Origin: a virus
Taxonomy: Duplodnaviria; Caudoviricetes
Strand: one strand, 5' to 3'
Length of the DNA: 64,000 nucleotides
Virus record (IMG/VR): IMGVR_UViG_2706795344_000001
Coordinates: 40,907-104,906 of that record
Part shown: piece by piece, positions 1-9,370 of the stretch
Layout of the letters: every line of letters begins with the position of its first letter
Numbering within the stretch: the first letter of the stretch is position 1
Translations under genes and position numbers: made by a program
Notes under the pieces: generated by a model
What the model was told of the DNA's origin: nothing
The model's database searches: none
The model's input: only the letters and a program-made list of their open reading frames with translations

Positions 1-2
1 AT

Positions 3-1046
3 GCCACTTTCTCTTTAGATAGTGCATGTGGTGTTGTTCTACAAATCCCAGATACCGTGGCTGACAAGACATATTCTTTAGGATATACAGGTAGTTATGG
101 TCAAAACAAATACCCAACAATCTCAACAAGAAGTGTTGCTGGTGATACAAAGAATATGATTGCTAGACGTTTCGCTGAAACTGTCAATAGTTCATCTACC
201 CTATTGTACGCCACTGTTGATAATGATGACAACGTAATTGTTCGATTTATTAACCTTAACACTGTTGGCTACTTTAGTTTGACTGGAAGTAATTTTAAGG
301 CGATTAAGTCCTTCATTCCTATTTCAACAATTTCTGTAACCGCTGCTGCTGGTGTACAAGCTGCTGACACATTGACAGTAATGCAAACCCCTGTAATTGG
401 TTGGGTGAGTGTTACAAACCCATTTGACTCTATCGCAAGTGAGCCAAAGGAAGATGATGCCACTTTCCGTACAAGAGGTCGTATTTCTAAATCAATTAAG
501 TCTACAGCAAATAGAGCTGCACTGTACTCTGAATTATATTCATTGAATGGTGTTCGTTACGTGAATATTCAAGAAAACATCTATGACAACGTAATTAATA
601 ATATCCCACCAAAGGGTATTGCTGTAGTTGTTCTAGGTGGTAGTGACACTGAGATTGCACAAGTGATCAAAGATAATATCGCTATCGGTTGTGGCACTGT
701 AGGTAACTTAGTAGTCCCAATGGTAGATGCTGCTGGTACAGTGGACATTAAATTTAGTAGACCTGAGTATGTGCCTATTGCTATGAAACTTGGCTTAGAG
801 ACAGACTCATCATTCCCACAAAACGGTAAGGTACTTATCCAAGAAGCAATTGTTAGATACTTCGAGACTCTTGAAGTTGGTGACGATGTTGTTTGGTCTA
901 AGTTATTCAATCCGATTAACGAGGTACGAGGCCAGAGTGTTAATTCACTTCTTATCGGTAAGAAAGGTGAAGAACTTAGCTTATCAAATGTCGTACTTAC
1001 ATACAACCAATTGCCAATCATTTCATTTGAAGATATCGAAATCTAA
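3..1046 (+). CDS. Baseplate J-like wedge protein (5' truncated by window edge)
   Basis: Frame open from base 3; motifs 'GWVSVTNP..E.DA.FR.R', 'LNGVRYVNIQEN', 'IKFSRP' typical of baseplate J; baseplate context. Confidence 0.85.
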   Translation, partial: ATFSLDSACGVVLQIPDTVADKTYSLGYTGSYGQNKYPTISTRSVAGDTKNMIARRFAETVNSSSTLLYATVDNDDNVIVRFINLNTVGYFSLTGSNFKAIKSFIPISTISVTAAAGVQAADTLTVMQTPVIGWVSVTNPFDSIASEPKEDDATFRTRGRISKSIKSTANRAALYSELYSLNGVRYVNIQENIYDNVINNIPPKGIAVVVLGGSDTEIAQVIKDNIAIGCGTVGNLVVPMVDAAGTVDIKFSRPEYVPIAMKLGLETDSSFPQNGKVLIQEAIVRYFETLEVGDDVVWSKLFNPINEVRGQSVNSLLIGKKGEELSLSNVVLTYNQLPIISFEDIEI

Positions 1047-1055
1047 GGAGGGTTC

Positions 1056-2537
1056 ATGGACAAGATTGATTATGCAGCTCTTGCAAGATCAAGATACACA
1101 AGCCAATTCGAGAATGACAAGGTTTATGATGCCATCATTCAAACAATAATCGAATACAAACTTAAGACTCAGGATTTGTATATCAATTTTGCTGAAACTC
1201 TTCTCGACATTGACAAATCTACAGGACGTAACTTGGACCTGATTGGCAGCATTGTTGGTCAGCCAAGAGTCCTTGTGGACTTCAGTATTGACAAGTATTT
1301 TGGTTTCTTAGGGAATCCAAGAGCTGAGCCATACGATAAGGGTCTGTGGTACTCGACCTTTAGTGCTAAGGGTGCAGACTCAAGAGTACTTTCAGACGAG
1401 GAATACAGACGTATTATTAAGGCGAGAATCATTCGAAATAAGACAAACTGTAGTCGTAGCGACTTCATGAAAATTTTGGAACTTATTTTGAATATCGATA
1501 CAACCAAGAAATATACAAACATCCTTGGTAACAGCAACTTTACAACACCATTAGTCCTTGGCAATTCAACAGCTACTGTAACTAGAGGTGTGACAATGAG
1601 TGACACAGCTACTGCTCAGATTACGAGTACATGGGTTGCACCTAATTTGATTACAGGTGGTGAAACTGAAGTTGATGGTAGTTTAAAACCTTCTCAAACA
1701 GAATACATCTTATGGCGTAGGTCAGCTGATTTGAATGCTGCATATGCTAAAGGTCAGGTTGTAATTTCCTTTGATATCAAAGTTGGTGTTGCTGGTAATG
1801 TTACGGTCTATTCTACGAATGGTACACCTGACTATTCTTTTACTACCAATGTAAACGTTCCTGTTGCCAATGAGTATGTAAGGATGTCTGTTACTGTCAC
1901 TCCTGCAAGAGTTACAGCAAACAATACTGGTATGTCATGCCTTGAGTTCTTTGGTACATACAGTACTGGAAGATGGGTGGCAGTGAAGAATGTGGTTGTT
2001 CAACAAGCATCTCAAATAAACACAACTATGTCTATGAATACAAATGGTAAATCTACCAAAATTGTTTCAGGGAAAGCATATACATTGTTTATGAAGGTTG
2101 CTACACAGACAGCTTCAAATGCTATCAGTGTGACTTTAAAAGGCCCATCAACAGCTACACAGAACATCGTAACATCGTCGGCTGTTGCTAGTAGAGACAT
2201 TAATAACCCAACATTAATTAGGGTTACTTTTAATGCCACTATTTCAAGTGATCAAGCTGACATTGCCATTCTTTCAACAGGAAAACTTGGTGATAAGTTC
2301 TGGGTTAAGGAGTTGCAGATTACTGAAGGTACATTAGCTACCTCTCCGACAACATGGTCAGCATCTTACTATGACTCGCCTAGATATACATTGACATCTC
2401 CTAGTCATGGAAACATTGACTTATCAGTGTTCAATTATACAGGTGATCTTGGTATTCATTTCTTGTCTAACTTTGAGAAGACTGGTGATTTAATCCCTGT
2501 CCCAATGGGATACAAGTTAAGCGTATATATTAATTGA
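1056..2537 (+). CDS. DUF2612-like baseplate wedge protein with inserted carbohydrate-binding-like domains
   Basis: N-term 'G.NLDLIGSIVGQPR..LSDEEYRRIIKARIIRN' and C-term 'LIPVPMG' of DUF2612-type proteins, separated by ~290 aa Thr/Val-rich beta-sandwich sequence; follows baseplate J. Confidence 0.75.
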   Translation: MDKIDYAALARSRYTSQFENDKVYDAIIQTIIEYKLKTQDLYINFAETLLDIDKSTGRNLDLIGSIVGQPRVLVDFSIDKYFGFLGNPRAEPYDKGLWYSTFSAKGADSRVLSDEEYRRIIKARIIRNKTNCSRSDFMKILELILNIDTTKKYTNILGNSNFTTPLVLGNSTATVTRGVTMSDTATAQITSTWVAPNLITGGETEVDGSLKPSQTEYILWRRSADLNAAYAKGQVVISFDIKVGVAGNVTVYSTNGTPDYSFTTNVNVPVANEYVRMSVTVTPARVTANNTGMSCLEFFGTYSTGRWVAVKNVVVQQASQINTTMSMNTNGKSTKIVSGKAYTLFMKVATQTASNAISVTLKGPSTATQNIVTSSAVASRDINNPTLIRVTFNATISSDQADIAILSTGKLGDKFWVKELQITEGTLATSPTTWSASYYDSPRYTLTSPSHGNIDLSVFNYTGDLGIHFLSNFEKTGDLIPVPMGYKLSVYIN

Positions 2538-2544
2538 GGATAAT

Positions 2545-3405
2545 ATGAGACTTTTGATTTCTGCCTTCTTTAACGTTGGCACATGGGACCGTAAATTCTT
2601 ATTGAATGGTGAATTTACAGGTTGGTTTAAGGGACACCTTACCAACCAAGGTCTTGACAGATGTGGTGATAGCTACTGGTATTCTGGTACTCACATTGGT
2701 TCAGGAACGGCAGATATCAGCGACGGTTCGACCACTCTTGCAAATCCATTCATGTTCTTAAGCGAGGCTGTGAGTGATAACTCTACCTCATACCTTAAGG
2801 ATGACTACATTGTTTGGGAAAGGGAAATTGAATACCGTGTTGATGGTAAACAAGCCCCTTCTGTCTCTGAGATTTCAGCATCTTGGGATAACGATGTTAA
2901 AACTGCTGTAGCTGTGGCAAATCTCCCACTCAATATCAGCTTAGGCGATAATGATGATCTAGTAGTTAAGGTTAAATTGGTTGTAAGACAATCTGCTACT
3001 GAGGTTATGACAGGGACTGTTGATTTTGGTGCATCGATTCATCAATACACAATCAAACCTTGTTTCTATAAGAAATTCGATAACTACTTTATTGGCAACC
3101 CTTTATCACAAAAAGATGGTCGTGTCTATAGTGGTGATATTCCTGCTGATATCGCACTAGAGCCAGAAGGTTCAATTGATTCTAACTTAGCTATTTATGA
3201 GAGCTACACATTCAATTCCAGAAGTAGAAAGTTCTCTAACTTCTTCACATTGAGTAGCCCAAATGCTTACACACGTACAGCAACATCACACACAATTGGA
3301 ATTCCTAGCGCATATGGTGTCGAGTTTGAACCGCCTATCGATAAGAGTTTCAACAGAGAACTTACACTGAATTATTTATTGAAATGGGAGAGAGATAATG
3401 GCTAA
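2545..3405 (+). CDS. Putative baseplate/tail structural protein
   Basis: RBS GAGGA, position within baseplate module; no recognised motif. Confidence 0.55.
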   Translation: MRLLISAFFNVGTWDRKFLLNGEFTGWFKGHLTNQGLDRCGDSYWYSGTHIGSGTADISDGSTTLANPFMFLSEAVSDNSTSYLKDDYIVWEREIEYRVDGKQAPSVSEISASWDNDVKTAVAVANLPLNISLGDNDDLVVKVKLVVRQSATEVMTGTVDFGASIHQYTIKPCFYKKFDNYFIGNPLSQKDGRVYSGDIPADIALEPEGSIDSNLAIYESYTFNSRSRKFSNFFTLSSPNAYTRTATSHTIGIPSAYGVEFEPPIDKSFNRELTLNYLLKWERDNG

Positions 3406-4480
3406 GTCACCAAAACCAGATTTTACAAATGTATGGGCTACACAAGGTAACTTGGTTGCTCCATCACTTAACCAATTGCTTAGTGGCTGGCAACAAAACC
3501 AGTTCCCACCATCTGGTGTAACTAACTATCAGATGAATAAAGTTGAATCTGCCATCTCTTATATCTTCCAAATGGGTATTGCAGAATGGACTCCTGAAGT
3601 TGAATATCAGGTCAACAGCTTAGCTCTCCACCCAACTAATGGTTTGGTATATCGATCTAAGACAATCAACAAATCTAAGGACCCAATGACGTCTGGCACA
3701 GATTGGGCTGTGGCATTCGACCAATTTGGAGCTTCTAACGATCTTAGAACCGAACTGACAAAGATTATGACACAAGATGGGTACATCCCATACTACGTTA
3801 AGAAGTCTGACCCTGTAATGACTGGTGTTGCCAAAGCTCCAGCATTTAGAGCTGGTGTTGGTGCTCCAGCTGGTAATACTGGATTCCAATTTGAAAACTA
3901 CAATACCACTGGTATGTACAGTCAAGGAGGTGATCTACTATTTTCTGCAAATGGAATTATTAATGGTCGAATCAAGTCTATCGCTCCTACCTTGGAGATG
4001 AATGATAACACCTTAGTAACAACTGCTTTACTTAAGAAGGTTATAGATGAAATCAAGGTTGCTACACAGCTTCCTATTGGTATGTCTATTATCTCCTCTA
4101 ACAAAGCAAACCCTTCAACTTATTTAGGATATGGTACATGGATTCAAGACTTGCAAGGTAAGGCCCTTGTAGGTGTCGTGGCAAACGCTGGTACTGATAT
4201 GCCTGATTGGGTTAAGTATGTAGATAGTACATCTGGTGACAGTTACACAACTAAACTTGATATTAAAAACTTGCCATCATTCAGAGCCAACATCTTACTT
4301 AACACATGGGTTGGTGGTGACGATGCTAGTGGTGAGGGTGCTATCCTTACAGCTAACCGAGAATGGAGAACAGGTACACAAATGCCTGATAAATCTTACG
4401 CTGACTTTAAGGGTGAAAACCTTCCATTCAGCAACGTACAGCCTTCTCAAACTAAATATATTTGGACTAGGACTGCTTAA
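3398..4480 (+). CDS. Tail fibre/baseplate protein with T4 gp10-like C-terminal domain
   Basis: N-term 'VWA..G...GW....PP....NY..N' fibre anchor; C-term 'PIG.....NP.TYLGYGTW...GKALVG...NVQPSQTKYIWTRTA'. Confidence 0.75.
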   Translation: MAKSPKPDFTNVWATQGNLVAPSLNQLLSGWQQNQFPPSGVTNYQMNKVESAISYIFQMGIAEWTPEVEYQVNSLALHPTNGLVYRSKTINKSKDPMTSGTDWAVAFDQFGASNDLRTELTKIMTQDGYIPYYVKKSDPVMTGVAKAPAFRAGVGAPAGNTGFQFENYNTTGMYSQGGDLLFSANGIINGRIKSIAPTLEMNDNTLVTTALLKKVIDEIKVATQLPIGMSIISSNKANPSTYLGYGTWIQDLQGKALVGVVANAGTDMPDWVKYVDSTSGDSYTTKLDIKNLPSFRANILLNTWVGGDDASGEGAILTANREWRTGTQMPDKSYADFKGENLPFSNVQPSQTKYIWTRTA

Positions 4481-4482
4481 TT

Positions 4483-4884
4483 ATGGAATTTATTACGAGC
4501 TTCATAGCTTTTGCCAAAGGCGTTTTCCCAGCTGCTGTTGGCTCGGTAATCGCTGTTTGGAGAAAGAGAAATGAAGTGAACTTTAGAGAGATGGATGCTT
4601 ACCAAAAAGCATCTATTATTCTTGTGGCACTCTTTGCCGTTTTGGTGGGTGTATGTATTGGTAAGTGGATTGGAGGCGCAGTAGCAGTGTATTACACCAC
4701 TTCACCTTTCGTAACAACCTTAATTGAATTCGCAACAGCCCTCAATGGCCTTAAACTTGTAGACAGTTTGATAAAGAGTGTAGAAGCAGCCTTGGATGTT
4801 GTTACAAAAAACGTTCCTGTTTTAATAGGGAATATTGTTGAACTCATTTCCGATAAAATCGAAAAGATTTTCGGTAAGAAGTAA
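4483..4884 (+). CDS. Putative holin
   Basis: 2-3 hydrophobic segments, basic C-terminus, upstream of endolysin. Confidence 0.6.
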   Translation: MEFITSFIAFAKGVFPAAVGSVIAVWRKRNEVNFREMDAYQKASIILVALFAVLVGVCIGKWIGGAVAVYYTTSPFVTTLIEFATALNGLKLVDSLIKSVEAALDVVTKNVPVLIGNIVELISDKIEKIFGKK

Positions 4885-4895
4885 AAGGTGATTAT

Positions 4896-5228
4896 ATGGT
4901 TATTACCCTTATAAAGATTATTTTTATCGTATTCTACTTTATCAATGTGGCTTGTGAGGTTTCAAACAGGTACAGGGATTGTAAGATGCACGTAGCTGTA
5001 CGATATACATTCATGGTAGCTTCCGCTATTGCCTACACTAAAATCGGGGTACTTGCTACAGCCCCTTTAGTAGTTCAGATTTCGGCACTTATTATTGTCA
5101 TTTTTCTTGCTAAGTTTTTATACGATCATGTATTGAAACGTCAAATTAGAATCAAGAATTTCAGACTTAAAAAACTCTACCTTTCAGAGTCTGCACGAAA
5201 ACCTTCCCATAAACTAAACAGGAGATAA
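4896..5228 (+). CDS. Membrane protein, putative holin/antiholin
   Basis: Three hydrophobic segments and very basic C-tail; lysis cassette context. Confidence 0.5.
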   Translation: MVITLIKIIFIVFYFINVACEVSNRYRDCKMHVAVRYTFMVASAIAYTKIGVLATAPLVVQISALIIVIFLAKFLYDHVLKRQIRIKNFRLKKLYLSESARKPSHKLNRR

Positions 5229-5229
5229 T

Positions 5230-5601
5230 ATGGCTGCTTTAAAAGGCTATGAACGAGTTTCAATCATCGGTGACTCAGCTAAGAGCTTTGCTACACTGGA
5301 CGAGGTGAAGGAATACATGTCTGGTGGTTCTGTAGAAGGAGTCACAAAGGAGTATGTAGATACTCAGCTTGCTACTAAAGCAAGCACAACACAGTTAGCT
5401 GCTAAGGCTGATAAAACATACGTTGACACACAGTTGGCTACTAAGGCCACAACAGCATCTGTTTCAGCTAAGGCTGATAAGACGTATGTAGATGCAGAAT
5501 TGGCTAAGAAAATTGGATTGCCAGCGACAGCAAATGAAGGTGATATTCTAACTTTCACAGGAGGGAAGTGGACTGCTGTAGCTGCATCTCAACCACTATA
5601 A
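5230..5601 (+). CDS. Small fibre-like protein with KADKTYVD repeats
   Basis: Three 21-aa repeats (KEYVDTQLATKA / KADKTYVDTQLATKA / KADKTYVDAELAKK). Confidence 0.6.
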   Translation: MAALKGYERVSIIGDSAKSFATLDEVKEYMSGGSVEGVTKEYVDTQLATKASTTQLAAKADKTYVDTQLATKATTASVSAKADKTYVDAELAKKIGLPATANEGDILTFTGGKWTAVAASQPL

Positions 5602-5611
5602 GGAGTATTAG

Positions 5612-6226
5612 ATGAAGTTGACAAAGGGTGGTTTTGACATCCTTAGAAGTGAGTTATTTAAGTCATTTACTGAAAGTCAAGTCAATGCACTTAATTTCTT
5701 GGTCATGAAATGTAAGGAAGCTGGCATGACCTACCCTGAGACAGCTTATGCTTTGGCTACAGTATACCACGAAACTGGTGTAGTGAAAGGTGGTAAGCTT
5801 GTAAGGACTATGCTTCCTGTAGAGGAGCAAGGTAGTGACAAATATCTATCTAAATACGATACAGGTAAATTGGCGACATCTCTAGGCAACACTCAAGCTC
5901 TTGATGGTGACGGTCAAAAGTATAAAGGTCGTGGTTATGTTCAGCTTACTGGCACACGTAACTATGCACTCTTTTCCAAACTTTTGGGTGTGGACCTGTT
6001 AGGGGAACCAGAGCTTGCCATGGACCCAGAGATTGCTGCTAAGATCATGACATATGGAATGTTAAATGGTTCCTTTACAGGTGTTGGGTTCAGACGTAAA
6101 CGTCCTGTATCTAAATACAATAAGGCCCAATACATTGCTGCTAGGAATATTATCAACGGTTCAGATCGTGCCAATGATATTGCTGGATATGCTATGATCT
6201 TTGAGAGAGCTTTAAGAAGTTATTAA
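5612..6226 (+). CDS. Endolysin, glycoside hydrolase family 19 (chitinase/lysozyme-like)
   Basis: 'AYALATVYHET', 'DGDGQKYKGRGYVQLTG..NY', 'ARNIING' motifs. Confidence 0.9.
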   Translation: MKLTKGGFDILRSELFKSFTESQVNALNFLVMKCKEAGMTYPETAYALATVYHETGVVKGGKLVRTMLPVEEQGSDKYLSKYDTGKLATSLGNTQALDGDGQKYKGRGYVQLTGTRNYALFSKLLGVDLLGEPELAMDPEIAAKIMTYGMLNGSFTGVGFRRKRPVSKYNKAQYIAARNIINGSDRANDIAGYAMIFERALRSY

Positions 6227-6227
6227 C

Positions 6228-6261
6228 AAAAAGAAAGGGAGCCTAGTGCTCCCTATTTTTA
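6228..6261. terminator. Bidirectional rho-independent terminator between convergent blocks
   Basis: AGGGAGC-ctagt-GCTCCCT stem flanked by A-tract and T-tract. Confidence 0.8.
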
Positions 6262-6582
6262 TTTCTGGTATTCAACAAACTCTTTTAAAGCATCCACAAA
6301 GAATGGTTGCATAATAAGTTGCACACACAAAGCTTCATCGAAGATTTTTCCGACATTGACATCTGTTTCAAATCCGATTTCTTCGAAATGTTGATTGATA
6401 CGTTTAGCAAAGACGTCACCATCTATATCTGGACAACACTTTTCCATGAACTCCTCAAGCTTTTCAGCGTAGACTGGGTTCTCAAATATATCCAGCAATG
6501 CCGATGGGTCACACCCCTTGAATTCATTAACACGGTCATCAATATATTGCTCAACCCGTTTATTGATCGTATCAAAGTCCAC
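6259..6582 (-). CDS. Hypothetical protein
   Basis: ORF with RBS AAGGAGGTG, overlaps upstream gene. Confidence 0.6.
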   Translation of the reverse strand: MDFDTINKRVEQYIDDRVNEFKGCDPSALLDIFENPVYAEKLEEFMEKCCPDIDGDVFAKRINQHFEEIGFETDVNVGKIFDEALCVQLIMQPFFVDALKEFVEYQK

Positions 6583-7207
6583 TGATCACCTCCTTCATAT
6601 GGTTATTAATGCTCACAGAATCGCGCAGGAGCGCTTTTAACACATTTAATGGTGAATCATAGCCAAAGCCGAGAAAGTCCCTTAAATAAGCCTCTGAGAA
6701 CTCTTTATGATTATGTCGCAACAATCCTCCCCAAGCATACTGCATGGTTAAGCTCTCATCTCTACTCTGTTCTCGACCAAAGCTTTGGTATTTAACTTCA
6801 GGGTCATGTTTGAGTACGATGTTCAATGTGTTACCTTCGCCCACCATTTCTTCATGATTTTTGTAGAAGCGATCACAATGATCATCCCAATGAGTCCAAG
6901 GCATGTCAGGTTTTACACTCTTATTGGATAGGCCATAGAACTTTCCTGTCAGTACAGGAGAATCTGTGATAACTACATCACAACCAGAATTCAAATATAG
7001 ACCAAGTAGACGTGCTTGCTCACCTGTTATTGTCCATTGGTTTACGCTATTTGTACTTAAACCATTTAGGATAGGTTCCTTAATCCACTCACGACAGTAT
7101 TCAGCATTAATACCTTTTAATTTAAGTGCGTTGGCAAGTGTAGTAGCTAATATAGTTTTTCCTGTACCTGCTGCACCAAAAATGTTTATCAATAATGGCT
7201 TCTTCAT
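6572..7207 (-). CDS. NadR/AAA_28-like P-loop kinase/ATPase
   Basis: Walker A 'GAAGTGKT', 'E..REW', 'VVITDSP' motifs. Confidence 0.75.
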   Translation of the reverse strand: MKKPLLINIFGAAGTGKTILATTLANALKLKGINAEYCREWIKEPILNGLSTNSVNQWTITGEQARLLGLYLNSGCDVVITDSPVLTGKFYGLSNKSVKPDMPWTHWDDHCDRFYKNHEEMVGEGNTLNIVLKHDPEVKYQSFGREQSRDESLTMQYAWGGLLRHNHKEFSEAYLRDFLGFGYDSPLNVLKALLRDSVSINNHMKEVISGL

Positions 7208-7350
7208 TTAACCTCCTCAATAGTTGTTCGACGGCTGTCAAAATGCTCTTTCTCAGCAACTTGTTTCCAAGCGTCTGTCTCATCAACAGCTGTGATATTA
7301 TAAATGATATTGTAGTTTAAAAATGCAACGGTAAATCTGAACTTTCGCAT
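7204..7350 (-). CDS. Small hypothetical protein (48 aa, not in ORF track)
   Basis: ATG with RBS GGAGGT; ATGA overlap with next gene. Confidence 0.6.
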   Translation of the reverse strand: MRKFRFTVAFLNYNIIYNITAVDETDAWKQVAEKEHFDSRRTTIEEVK

Positions 7351-7361
7351 AATACCTCCAA

Positions 7362-7385
7362 TAAAAAGGAGGGATAAACCCTCCC
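7362..7385 (-). terminator. Rho-independent terminator
   Basis: GGAGGG/CCCTCC stem with T-tract on minus strand. Confidence 0.6.
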
Positions 7386-7391
7386 AATTAA

Positions 7392-7526
7392 TTAAGCTTT
7401 AAACAAACCTTGATTAACACTTTTAGCAAACGCTAAGAACATACGTTTTTCATTCTCATTTACACCAACAGGAATTTGGATTTGACGAGTGAATTGTCCA
7501 CGTTTAACGATTGATGTATTCTTCAT
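7392..7526 (-). CDS. Small hypothetical protein (44 aa, not in ORF track)
   Basis: ATG with RBS GAGGAG. Confidence 0.55.
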   Translation of the reverse strand: MKNTSIVKRGQFTRQIQIPVGVNENEKRMFLAFAKSVNQGLFKA

Positions 7527-7527
7527 A

Positions 7528-8010
7528 TTACAGCTCCTCTAATGAAATACTTTTAACTCTATTAGTTGCAGTTTCAAACTCAACTGTTGCATGGTATCCA
7601 ACAGCGTTAAGTATGTCAACAACTTTTTTCATTCCGATTGAATCTTCAATTAAGACTCTCACAGTTTGCCCATTTGCCTTAACAATATCATGTAAACCAA
7701 AATATTGGACATTATCACGATACCGCCAAGTATTACCATCTTTCTTGATATATTCAACACTACTTCCTTTCCCAGCCAGTTTTAAAAGTTTATCTCTCAT
7801 GAAATGGTTTACCCATCGAGATAATAATGTGCTAGGCACATAGGTATTAATTTTATCAAATGTAATGTCCGTTCGACGTGACGTCTTATCATCTGATATA
7901 GAAATTGTGTAGCGCCCCCTTAAATTTTTAAATGTTCTGAATGTAAGATTAATCTTCTCTTTTTTAGGTCGAACCTCAATAATGAAATCGCTCAACTTGT
8001 CTATCTCCAA
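7528..8010 (-). CDS. Hypothetical protein
   Basis: ORF in tightly packed minus-strand operon. Confidence 0.55.
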   Translation of the reverse strand: MEIDKLSDFIIEVRPKKEKINLTFRTFKNLRGRYTISISDDKTSRRTDITFDKINTYVPSTLLSRWVNHFMRDKLLKLAGKGSSVEYIKKDGNTWRYRDNVQYFGLHDIVKANGQTVRVLIEDSIGMKKVVDILNAVGYHATVEFETATNRVKSISLEEL

Positions 8011-8037
8011 AACTAAAACACAAATAATACATTAAAA

Positions 8038-8439
8038 CTAATCAAACGTAAAGGTTGATTTATCATGTATTGTAACTTTTAAATTAAGCTCTCTGGCATA
8101 ATTAATCATATGGGTTGTCCCTTTACTCAAGTCAGTCCTAAAAGCTATGACTTCAGATACCATATAATTATGAGATTTCTTTTCAAGGAACTTAGCCATG
8201 CATTCATTTCTGAGTATCCCAGCCTTCTTACCTTGGTTATCCCAATCAGCTTCAAATAGATAACTGTATATCTCATGCTTGAGGCAGAACTCTTTAGCGA
8301 ATGTATCAATACCTCTTGCACAACCAAAGATCATAATCCCTATGTCTCTTGGTTGATATGTCTCAAGAATTATCTCTTCAAATTCCTCATAGGTCCACCC
8401 TTCTCGTGAACCTGTAATCAATAAAGCTACATGCTTCAT
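8038..8439 (-). CDS. SLOG-superfamily protein (YspA/DUF2493-like)
   Basis: 'LITGSR', 'GCARGID', 'ADW...GKKAGILRN..M', 'SKGT.HMI' motifs. Confidence 0.85.
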   Translation of the reverse strand: MKHVALLITGSREGWTYEEFEEIILETYQPRDIGIMIFGCARGIDTFAKEFCLKHEIYSYLFEADWDNQGKKAGILRNECMAKFLEKKSHNYMVSEVIAFRTDLSKGTTHMINYARELNLKVTIHDKSTFTFD

Positions 8440-8654
8440 TTTGACCTCTCTTTTAATGTGTTGTTTAATTTAAGGGCCTCCATGTATAAAGGGTCATATA
8501 TAGCTCTTGCATTAACAACAGAGCAAAGTGCTCTTGCCATAGGTGCTGTCAATCTTTTAAAACCACCTTTTTCATTGAACTCATAGAATTCCCTCTCAAC
8601 AGTGTGCTGGATATCCAGTGCCTGATGATATCTCTTGTAGGCATCAAAACTCAT
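8436..8654 (-). CDS. Hypothetical protein
   Basis: Overlapping stop/start with neighbours, RBS GAGGAG. Confidence 0.55.
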   Translation of the reverse strand: MSFDAYKRYHQALDIQHTVEREFYEFNEKGGFKRLTAPMARALCSVVNARAIYDPLYMEALKLNNTLKERSK

Positions 8655-9319
8655 TAATACTCCTCTTTAAAATATTTGGCATCCTCTTTCATCTTACGAT
8701 TACGTTCTAAAATATCAATATTAGGAATACGTTTATAGATATCAGAGAAAGAGCCTTTAGGTTGATAGTCAATATGAGGTGCATTACATTCAGCCATAGC
8801 TGCATCGATAGCTGCAAAATATTCGTCAGCATCTACATCATCTTCCTCTTCTATAGTTTCACAAGGTAAATCTTCTTTCTTACCAACTAAGTGCTTCAAA
8901 GCATCTGGTATACCTTTGATGACATTAGAACGAGGTTTTCCTTGTTTCTGAAATGAGTCTTCCATAGTTGTCTTTGGTTTAATAACCTTAGAAACTTTCT
9001 TAGTCACTTCTTTAACAACTTTCTTTACGACATTAAGAAGCTTACAAGCTTTCTCAGTAATTGAATAGTGAGTAGTTCTAGTATGACCCATGTCATGAGA
9101 AATAAGGATAAGTCCAAAATCAACTAACTTTTTCTTAGCTCTTTGAATTTGACTTTCAGATAATGAACCTTCGAAGTCTTCAGACAGTTGTTTATTAGTT
9201 CGATAGACCTTAGTCACATTCTTAGTCTCAGACCAGAATTTAATGTGATTAAGTAAGAGAGCAGCTTGGATACCAACTAAGTTAGCTACTTCTGGATTGT
9301 AAGATTTAATATACGACAT
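8654..9319 (-). CDS. Winged-helix replication-initiator-like DNA-binding protein
   Basis: 'A..VGIQAALLL.HI.FW...VYRT..QL......S.SQIQRAKKKL...GLI...TTHY' resembles phage initiator N-terminal wHTH; ATG at 9319 has RBS AGAGGTG. Confidence 0.65.
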   Translation of the reverse strand: MSYIKSYNPEVANLVGIQAALLLNHIKFWSETKNVTKVYRTNKQLSEDFEGSLSESQIQRAKKKLVDFGLILISHDMGHTRTTHYSITEKACKLLNVVKKVVKEVTKKVSKVIKPKTTMEDSFQKQGKPRSNVIKGIPDALKHLVGKKEDLPCETIEEEDDVDADEYFAAIDAAMAECNAPHIDYQPKGSFSDIYKRIPNIDILERNRKMKEDAKYFKEEY

Positions 9320-9370
9320 GATAACACCTCTTCGATGTAGGCAATCATACACATCTTAAAAACCCATATC

